A DNA stretch of 64,000 nucleotides from Phallusia mammillata (lineage: Eukaryota): NCBI GenBank assembly GCA_965637545.1, contig OZ281497.1, positions 13,764,001 to 13,828,000 of the forward strand, in the 5' to 3' direction. Shown here piece after piece: positions 36,701 through 46,300 of the stretch. Made by a program: the position numbers and the translations under genes. The first letter of the stretch is position 1. Each line of letters opens with the position of its first letter. Under the pieces are notes generated by a model, which was not told where the DNA came from, made no database searches, and was given only the letters and a program-made list of their open reading frames with translations.

Positions 36701-38064
36701 AAGGAGGCTGGTACCATTCTCTTCCGCTGTAACTTGTACAAAAGAGCACTAAAGTGTTATGCAGAAGGATCTAACTGGGAGCTTGCGCTAAGCTGTGCTG
36801 CATGCCTACAATACAGTGAAAAGGATTATTGCATTCTAGCTATGTCCTTGGCTCAGGGTCTGTTAGAACAAAATCATCACCTTGAAGCAGCAAATGTATT
36901 TGTATCAGAGGCCAAGGATCCGCATGCTGCTGTCAATGCTTTGGTCAAAGGTTGTAAGTGGGCACAGGCCCTGCAAATTGTTTACAAATACAAAATGAAT
37001 GATTGCATAAATGATGTTGTAAAGCCTGCCGTCCAAGAAGCTGCCAGCTCTTTTACTTCAACAATCACAGGGATAATTTTGACCGATATTACACAAGACT
37101 TATGAAAGTGAGAGAAATAAAGAAAGAAAAGCGATTAAGAGTAAGTTGTTGAAAGATATTTGTTTTCAACTATGTAATTAATATCAGTAAATTAATTACT
37201 TTGATTATTTTGACTTCGGGAGTTTGACAAAGTTGGTGACTTTAATTTAGTTAAACCCATCAGATTCCACTGAGTTGGAACAATTTTGCTCTAGTTTTTT
37301 TTTTTCAGGGAAAACAAGTGGTTGAGCAAGGATTAGAACCCACAACCTTGTAAGCACAAGGCAGTGGTGCTAACCACTGTGCCATCTTGGGGAATATTTT
37401 TCTTGTTAAATGAATGTTTCTTTGCAAAAATCGATCTGAAAATAAATACATGTAAAACTCAAAAGTGTAAAAATGTGTAAAAAAAACTAGTATTTTGCCT
37501 TGTATAGCGTTAGCAATTAATTCTAAACTTTATGTTCAGATGCAGATGACTGGAGAAGAAGAAGATTTGGATTCTGATATTGCATCAGACTTTGGCAGCA
37601 CAATAACCAGCTCAAGTCAAGGAAGTAGGATGAGTAGAGCATCTGGGCGAAGTGCCAAAACTCGCAGAAAACAGCAACGCAATAAATATTCACTGAGAGA
37701 AGGGTCCCGCTTTGAAGAAGAGGGTTTGCTACAAGCCATCCACACTATTATAAAACAATTAGCAATACTAAAGGATGATATAAATAGTGTAATTTCCCAC
37801 CTTGCATTATTCTATTTGGATGATGAAGCTTGTCAGTTGCAAAAACTACATGCAAGCACAGTTAAAATTTTTACGAAGGCTTTACCGCAAATATGGACAC
37901 TGCCAGATGAAAGTTTGGGTTTCACTGGTGCCCATGCTACTGTCAACAGCATACTTGGATCGCAATCTGCTGCTCGGCAAGAAGAGATAAAATTGTCTGA
38001 TTTGGAAATTTGGGTTCCACCCAAAATCGACTCTCAGTCAACAGGCATGCACATGTATGAATAA
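33726..38064 (+). pseudogene. ELP1: ELP1 duplicate with three frameshifts
   Basis: Relative to copy 1: -2 at ~35086 (stop at 35094), in-frame -3 at ~35250, +1 in the A-run at 36150-36154, -7 at ~37061; intron and exon 2 (37540-38064) retained. Confidence 0.88.
37315..37391 (-). mobile_element. Duplicated tRNA-derived SINE head
   Basis: Homologous to 26412-26488. Confidence 0.65.
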
Positions 38065-38395
38065 TAAGGCATGTAATCGTCATTTAACTTATTTTGGAGT
38101 TGTTTAATCCATTTTCTATGTTGCGAGCACTGACATTATGTACGATATTGTGATACGTCCATCTTCAGTTCGGCAGAAACTTTTGTTCTGTAAAATTTTA
38201 TGTGTGTTCTGGTGATACAGTACTGGGAGTCGCCACCCACCCGGAAAAAATGGGGTGATGTTTCAATGTTTTATGTATTGATGTATCAGTCACATCATGA
38301 AAAGTTCGTGATCAGGACTATTGGGTTTCAATGACATTTTGTTGAGGTAAAACCAATTATACGTACAGAGTGATTTCATTCTTTTCAGATTAGTT

Positions 38396-39899
38396 ATGGG
38401 TCCCCTTCCCTGAAGGGGACACATTTTGATTTTACTCGATTTCTTTTTTTTTTTTTTCTTTTTTTTTCTTTTTTTTTTTTTTCTTCCCTGAAGTTTGTCC
38501 ACCCCATTTTGCCATGAAATCTTTGGTGAATTTAGATGAAACTTTCACAGATGGTAGATATGGTTGTGCAGATGTGCCATCTGCTTCGTTTGTCATGACA
38601 ACCCCAGTATTTACCCCGCTAGCCCCCAAAATGTAAAATGTTGTTGGTGCGCACCACAAACGTTAGTTTTCTGCTAGCCATCAAAGTGTAAAATGTTGTT
38701 GGTGCGCACCACAAATGTTAGTTTTCTGAGGTGTTATAAAGGCAACCAGACATTTGTTACCAGTGTTTGTGGGTTTGTTCGAGGATGTTTTGCAGTTGAC
38801 ACTTAACAGCCTTATGACGTCAGAAGCAATGTTGCTAATAACACCTCTAGTGGTGAAAATGTTAAACATTGTCAGAATTGGATAAAATTTTACATGACTG
38901 TTGATTGGGTCATTGTGGTTTCATATTTTATACTTTTGGGTTTTAAACCCCATTAGTTACCCCACTAACCCCTAAAATGGGTGAGTGTTTTAAACGCTGT
39001 CGGAATTAGATGAAATTTTGACAGCTTGTATAATTTGTCATTTTTAGGTTTCAATTGTTGTGTTTAACCCTGTAGCCCCAATATTTACCCCTCTAGCCCC
39101 CTAAAAGGGTGAATTTGTTAAACATTGTCCGAATTGGATTAAATTTGGACAGCTTATAGAGTGTGCTACTTATAGTTGTTTTTTGTTATGTTCAACTTTG
39201 TCGCCCCAACATTTACCCCACTACCCCCCCAAAATGGGTCAATTTTTTAACAATGTCAGAATTAAATTAAATTTGGACAGCTTGTAGAGTGTGCATTTAT
39301 AGGTGTATAATGTTGTGTTTTACCCTGTTGCCCCAGCATTTACCCCACTAGCCCCCCAAAATGGGTCAATTTTTCAAACTATGTCTGAATTAAATTAAAT
39401 TTGGAGAGCTTGTACAGTGCAATATTTATAGGTGTTAATTGTTGGGTTCAACCCTGTAGCTCTATCATTTACTCCACTAGCCCCCAACAGTCATGTGCAA
39501 TTCGCGCTGATTTGTGTTATAGGAGCTGATTGTTGTGTTTTAGCCTATTTTCTCATTGTTTAACACTTTTTTTCTCAGATAGACCATAAAATAGAAAAAC
39601 CTTCAAAAATGTATAAATGGACTGAATTTGAATAGTTTGTTCTCCACATAGCATATTTATTCAGGCACAGTACCGATCACTGTGTTTTACCTTACAACAC
39701 CCGACTTTCTCATGGTTATCTCTTGAAATGTATTATTTACAACTTTGCATGTGTGGGGGACCCATGAGTTTTTGCTTGCAGAAACAGCCAAGGTTATAAA
39801 AGACAATGGATGATATGGGACCTAATATAAAATTAGTGTAGAAAATATGTGTTATAGTGTATATGCAAGGGCAATATGTGCTAAGCCACCCTTCTAGTT
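38396..39899 (-). mobile_element. ~1.5-kb insertion, Helentron/HINE-like non-autonomous element with internal tandem repeats
   Basis: Absent from copy 1 (empty site ttcagattagttttaattg); flanked by tagtt; no TIRs; terminal hairpin gtccccttc-cct-gaaggggac (38400-38420); poly(T/C) tract 38440-38485; ~127-bp tandem units. Confidence 0.7.
38880..39490. repeat. About 5 diverged tandem units of ~127 bp inside the insertion
   Basis: Core tt[t]accccactagcccccaaaatgggt recurs at about 38957, 39085, 39211, 39338 and 39466; degenerate unit near 38610. Confidence 0.85.
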
Positions 39900-42031
39900 T
39901 TAATTGATGTGTTACAGGAAGATCGATGTCAGTTAGGGAAAGTGGTAGTTATCGGCACCAGGTCTCAAATGTATCAGGTCAGTGAAGGTGAAGTTCATGT
40001 AATCCTGTTATATAAGCGCACTTTTTATGCGCAGAAAAGCACCATGAGGTGGCGCAACATAGCCTCGAGGCAGATGGAAAGTGAACCTAATTAGGTTGTG
40101 TTGGTTTACAGGTAAACACTTCTTTTTTAAAGTCTTCTGTTTCAGCCCTAAATCTGTCCATAACTTTTAAATTTAGGCTCCGAAACGGGCATACCGAACA
40201 CAAAAGCCATTTTACTAATACAAAAAAGAGAGACTTTAAAACTGTTTTCAAAGTACTACACTTCGGTATTGGCAAATATCATTTGCCAAGCGATTTTCAT
40301 AAAACTTGAAAAACCGATGTATTAAGAAACCAAATGGTTTCTCTTACACCTAATTGTGTACTTTTTTATTTCATCTGCAAAAAATAGTCTTAATTACACT
40401 GGCTAACAAATGAATGCTAATGAACTTTCCCCAATGTCCCTATTTAATAACAAAACTTTACACAGGGGATTTGGGGGCACTTCCATTGCACACTACGAAA
40501 CCGACTCTTAATAATTTTATTCATCTTCTGATGGATGTAACAAAACATGGAGATTTAGCGTGCGTGGGAGGTAAAACTGAGGGCTTGCAATAAAGTGCCC
40601 ACGCAAGCCTCACTCATGATTTTTATCGGTTTTTAAATATTTGTTTGCCGAGGATTCGAGTAGCCGATATCTACATTACACCTGTGCTTTGTACTTCAGG
40701 TAGATTAACTTAAAGACATTTAAGCACATGTGGTCAATTTATGTGTTCACTTAAAGGCGTGTCTGTTCATAGTGCATTTTTAAAGCAAAGATTAACTGTC
40801 GTGGGCAATAAGTTACAACATGCGTCGACTCGGCTCGGGGGAAGGACTCTGCATTAAAGTGAGGACGTGTCTTTTTTATGGCGGTGATGAAAAAGTTGAA
40901 CAGTAAAGTCGGTTTTTCTACACAAGTTGAAACGTTGTGATGTGTCGGGTATTAAACGTACGATAATTGCCGGGCTGCACTTTAGAAAGGTGGGTTGCAG
41001 TTTTTGTATGTGCAACTTTTCCTCCGCGGAAAGTCCGGTAAAGCATTCTAATTACACATGTCAATGCGCCCTGCACTGGGCGGGAACGTTGCCGGCCAAC
41101 CGCTTTCATATCAAATGCGAAATCAATTGGCGATTTATAATGGCGTCGTTTCGTTTGCATTGTTTATTTTCTGTTGCCCGCGGCCCGTACCGGACTGACT
41201 GCTTTTTAGATTTCGAATTACCCATAGAAACTTACTACTTTTCGCAACAGTTACAGTATTGCAGTGTGCAACTGATTCTGTATGACCATAAATGCTACCT
41301 TGTAATGCCTAAAACAATCTCGACAAATTAAAGATGCGTAGAACCACACCCAAATTTTTAAGTCACATAAACTTCTCCACATTGATTGAGCAGGTGTGTT
41401 AATACTTCATACAGGTTGTCAAAAAGCCAATGAGCTAAAAATGTTGAACGTTTATAACTAAAAGTCACTGGTCCGTTTTTTACCAGTTTTGTTCCGCCCT
41501 CTGTGCTACAATAAATGTTCGTTGTAACGAATAAACTACGCTAATGAGTCACCTATGCGTTTTGTACGTTTCTTGATTACTTTTGTTGCAAAGTTGTTGG
41601 TAAGGTTCGATTAGTTTGCTGTAAATTATTACAACAAAATTGTAACGTTGCGCCATACATTATCAAACCCTTTTGTTTCATTTCCACCGATTCAATTTAC
41701 TGCATATCGCCCGACGGACCGATAGGTGGGGAAAAAAAGCGAAAGCAAGAACATGAGAAGCGAGGGCGACGGCGGGAAAGCTTCAGTTTGCGACCGTAGC
41801 CGAAGAGTGCGGCCGTGATAGATATCAACTCACGTGGGCAACTATAGGCGAAAGAATTTAGAAAAGTGTCGCAGAACAGTTTAAATTCACCAGAGTAGCG
41901 TTTGCAGGAGCCCAATACCAAAAAGGGACAAGGTGAGTGTTGTGGTTTGTAACACAGCAATATAATGTACGATGTTAATTTTTGACGATCGAAAGTTGCA
42001 CCCAATCTCGTTTTCAAGGATAACGTCAAAA

Positions 42032-42151
42032 ATGGAAAATGAAAAACGCGAAACCGAATGTGTTGCGTGTGGTTTTTGTGGAAACTGTGTTGCAAGCCTT
42101 CTAGATTGCATGAAATTAGAGTTGCACGAGATCGGAGTAGATGAAACATAA
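42032..42151 (+). CDS. Candidate 39-aa Cys-rich microprotein (MENEKRETECVACGFCGNCVASLLDCMKLELHEIGVDET)
   Basis: aaaaATGG context; preceded by a plausible 86-nt GT-AG intron 41933-42018; no homology evidence available. Confidence 0.3.
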   Translation: MENEKRETECVACGFCGNCVASLLDCMKLELHEIGVDET

Positions 42152-42718
42152 AAATACCAAGTGTAATCCTTCGTAATGGTCGGCACTTCAATCATTCGCA
42201 CTTAGTAGTCACGTATTACTTTCACAGCTGAATCCATCAAAAACCGAGCTTGCTTGCTTCAGGGCAGTACGGGCTGTACTTGGTGAAGGGCACGGCACAC
42301 GAGAAGTGATGCTTTGCGCAAAATATCCGTCTAATTAAATGCCGCCTATTTCCTGTGCCGCTTTGAAAAACTGACGACAAGTTAAAAACCCATTTCCGTT
42401 TAACACTAGCGGGGATGAGTTACTTTTATATCCTGAAATAACTGTGAAATCGGTAACCACCCGTGACGCACTAACTGCTTTAACAGTTACGTACTTAAAA
42501 GACAAACCAATTTGTTTCAAAATTCCCCATGGCAATTGTTACCCCGAAGAAGTTATGTCCAGGTATTTTCAGCATGCCTAAAACACACGCTATGGGTTGT
42601 TTTAGAGCTTGACCTTTAACATCCGCCTACGCGATAGTCATGCCTTTAGCCGTGTTGCAATGGCAATATGCAAGGTTAATTTTTCGCTTGTGTTTTTGCA
42701 TAAAATGTCAAAATTGCA

Positions 42719-43024
42719 ATCCTGTCCAAATAGAGACGGTTCCGAATTGGTCGATGCGTCACAGAGTGTGAAGGTCGTCATATAGACGCACCAGAAGGTT
42801 GTGATTGCCCGTAGCGCGCGTTCTATCTGGTGGAAGGCACAATGTTGACTCCCCGGAAAATATCTGTGACATCCTGTCCAAATAGAGACGGTTCCGAATT
42901 GGTCGATGCGTCACAGAGTGTGAAGGTCGTCATATAGACGCACCAGAAGGTTGTGATTGCCCGTAGCGCGCGTTCTATCTGGTGGAAGGCACAATGGTGA
43001 CTCCCCGGAAAATATCTGTGACAT
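42719..43024. repeat. 152-bp near-perfect tandem duplication upstream of gene 4
   Basis: atcctgtccaaatagagacgg...aatatctgtgac at 42719 and 42871; one substitution seen. Confidence 0.95.
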
Positions 43025-43321
43025 GCCCCGCGGCCAGTCTCGCAAACTCCGCTAACGTACTGCGGCGTCCTAAAATCCAACCAAAGATCCCATAGACTTT
43101 ATCTGCAAACTATTTTAAATTCACGTGTGTATTTGGTAAACTGAATTAAAGGTTTCTTGATTCTGCGATTTAGTGCCAAACACTTTTCAAATCCCGCTTG
43201 TGATACGCCAATCACATTTGTTTCAAATCTTAGCGCGATCAGCCAAAGTGGCGTGTGCGTCGATACTACGTATATACCAGTTGATGACGTTATGAATATA
43301 TTTGTATCTTTTAAGGGCGTT

Positions 43322-46300
43322 ATGGAGACTCGCCACGTAATGGCGCTTGTCGCCTTTCTGGCCATTTATCTTGTGACGACCGAAGCTCAAGTAGCAACCA
43401 TACCAGCCAATATAGTGGTAAGCTTTCAGAATTATTACACAATCTTCACATTTATTTACATTATATAGCATGGATGGGTCCAAATTGCAGTGCTTAGTTT
43501 ACCCCTAGCATATTATGTTAATTTTTAAAAGAGCTGTTATGACGTTACACATATATACCGGAAAACAGTGTCGTCGCCTTATTGCCGATTAGGCGGTGGT
43601 ATATCGCACAACTCGGTCCATATTCAATATTTAAAACAGCGTAAACTCGCTTCTCTGTATCTCTTGTTGCATAAGTGTTAACTATTACTACACTGTTTAA
43701 ATTAGATATATTTTTCAATGGGACAACTAAACATATTTTAATATGACAACTGTGCTAGAATGATCGCATAGAAAACTTAGCGCACACACTTAAACTTTTA
43801 ACAGATACGGAGCTTCACGGAAGTGTACGGCACTTCACTACTGGTCACTGCAAACTTCGCCGATATTAGAACTTGCAACATCTTCAACAGAGATCGAACT
43901 GCATGTGTTAACGCAGGTAGGTTATACACACCCTTTACGATAAAGATAGTGAGCCGCAAAAATGCAAATCACTTTTCTTTTTTACAGGCGTCATTGTGGG
44001 TCAGAACGACCAAACTGAATGTACGATAAGGTACGGATGCTGCTACAACGAGCTTGAACGTGTGCTGGATGGTTCAACGGTAATTTGTTTCCTAGTTTCT
44101 TCTATTTGGTTCTCTGTAATCAGGTTATGCTTTTGTGAAAAAGATACATTGTAATTGCAAAATCCAAGCCTTGCTGGAAATAAACTGATTCAAATCGAAA
44201 ATATAGTTATATATTCGTTTTTTGGGGGGCATACAACCCAACATACAAATAGTTAAATTATTTATCTGTGTGCAGCCGTCCTGTTATCAAACCTCGCAAT
44301 ACACTTCATCTCGACAAGGCGGCAGTGGGGTAGCGGAGGTTCTGGCTCAAACTTTTCAGGGAGCTGGCTTTGGTTTTCCGGCTGGTGTTGTGCCCGGAAA
44401 TGTTCCAGGAATCTCTGGTGGGCTTGCTGTGCCCGCTATTCCTTCTTCCCAAGGTAAAAAAAAAACTTAAAATTACGTTCGCAAACTGCCTATTTTTTAA
44501 TACCACACAAAGATAACAACTTATTTTACATTTAAATTTATGCAAATTTGATAATTTTTTACATTTGCAGTGCGGTCCTTTACCTACAACGGATGGATTT
44601 TCTCGTACTATCTTCAGAGAGTCACCTACCGTGAAGCATTACTCTACGCCGAAAGCGTGAACGAGCAACTTATCATCATTAACAACCAGAATATACAGGA
44701 TACAGTCAATCGTAACCTGGAGTTCGATATTGGTGTAATTCTAAATGGAATCTGGGACAGCACACCATGGGCTGCTGGGTACTGGGTCGGAGGCAGCGAT
44801 GTTGCTGTTGAAGGGAATTGGTTTTGGAATGACGGCTCCGATATAGCATTGCCCACTGAAACGGGCTTTCAGAATTGGATGTCATTGCCACAAATTAACT
44901 ACCAAGAACCGAACGCCCGAAATTCTGATGAAGACTGTCTGTACGTGCTTGCCCACAAGGAAATTGGCGTGTATACTGGCCTTCTTGGTAAATGGTTTGA
45001 CGGTTTCTGCAGCCGGAGAAAGTTCTTCATCACCCAGAAACGTGCTCTTGTAGCAGGTAGGTTAAATGATTTCAATAACAAGCTTAATTCTCATTTTATT
45101 TTGCTCGTGTAGTTAATAACAGCATTGCTCGTACATTTAAGACCCGCTTAACATCACAAAACTAAACATCACGCGTCTTTTTTACACAGATCCATGTGCA
45201 AACTTTCCATGTCAGAACAGTGGACAGTGCCAGAGCCAGGGCCTCAGTTACATCTGTATATGTTTGTCCGGATTCGGAGGATCAAACTGCGAAATCGACA
45301 ACCGCCCAGTTGGTAAATCAAACATTTTCATATTTTCACACAACAATTGTTTTGCAACACTGTTATTTTTGCGTTGGGCAACCCCGACAACAAACATTTA
45401 AAAATACCCCGATCTTCTTCAACATTTTTCCCTGTCATGAAAGCGTGAGAACAACTCATTTGATCCTCTTTGTAATATCTTAAACGCTGTTTACACAGAC
45501 CCATGCACAAGTTTTCCGTGTCAGAATGGTGGTCAATGTCGTAGTCAAGGGTCTTCCTACTTCTGTACGTGTCTATCCGGATTTATAGGATCAAACTGTC
45601 AAATTGACAACCGGCCAGTCGGTAAGTGATGTTCTCACGTAGTTTACTGACGTAAACGTATTGTAGATTGCAGTCCAAACATAGCAAATAAATTTTAGTA
45701 AGTCGCTGGTGAATATGATGTAAGCAGAACTTTTGTGGGTGAAATTGAGTATCTCCGTTAAAAAATAAAACAAACATTTAGGCAGACAAATTGACGTTCT
45801 CAGCCAATTGTGGCTTTAAAAAGCCCACTATAAAGCCAAAACTTGGTAAACTAATACATTCAAATCGTAACCTTTTCATTAGCATGGAATTGCCTTTATA
45901 CCCGTTTTACAAATGCGGCATGTGGGAGAAATTAACGTTTCCCATTGTAATTGCCGGTTAAAGTTGATTTCACCTACTTTGATCGCATCTAGCAATTATA
46001 TCGCAACAATTGTTCGTTACGCCGCGATTTATCGCCTTTAAATTGCCCAATACCAATTGGCGGTCATTATTGCAAATGACTGCCTTTAGCCTTTCATAAT
46101 CTTACACACCTTGAGGGCGCACAATGATTGATCTGACAAGTTTACCTTTAGACCTTTATTAAAAAAACTATGACTAGAGTTAGCTACTATGTTTCTAAAT
46201 CACCTTGTTTTTGTATGCAGATCCTTGTTTGGCCCTGCCCTGTTTGAACAACGGTTTGTGTCGCAGCGTTGGAAGTCAGTTTGTGTGCGTCTGTCCTCCA

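Larger units (their letters stand above)
28168..40432 (+). repeat. Tandem segmental duplication, copy 2 (enlarged by two TE insertions, with several deletions)
   Basis: Same order of MITE end, gene-1 3' exons, TBCA, ELP1 and downstream DNA; ends ...gaactttcccc at 40432. Confidence 0.95.

Noticed and set aside
38290-38659. Poly-lysine ORFs on the minus strand
   Set aside because: Translation of the poly(T/C) tract of the inserted element.
38880-39490. Regular repeats as a possible CRISPR array
   Set aside because: Eukaryotic context; whole ~127-bp units are homologous with no unique spacers; no cas genes.
40883-41000. C-box-like gtgatga as a possible C/D snoRNA
   Set aside because: No CTGA D box or terminal stem at a suitable distance.
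42059-42088. Ferredoxin-like 4Fe-4S motif in the sORF
   Set aside because: Spacing is C-x2-C-x2-C-x2-C, not C-x2-C-x2-C-x3-C, and the rest of the fold is absent.
41697-42191. 164-aa minus-strand ORF
   Set aside because: No recognisable motifs, composition unlike a real protein, and splice signals in this region point to the plus strand.
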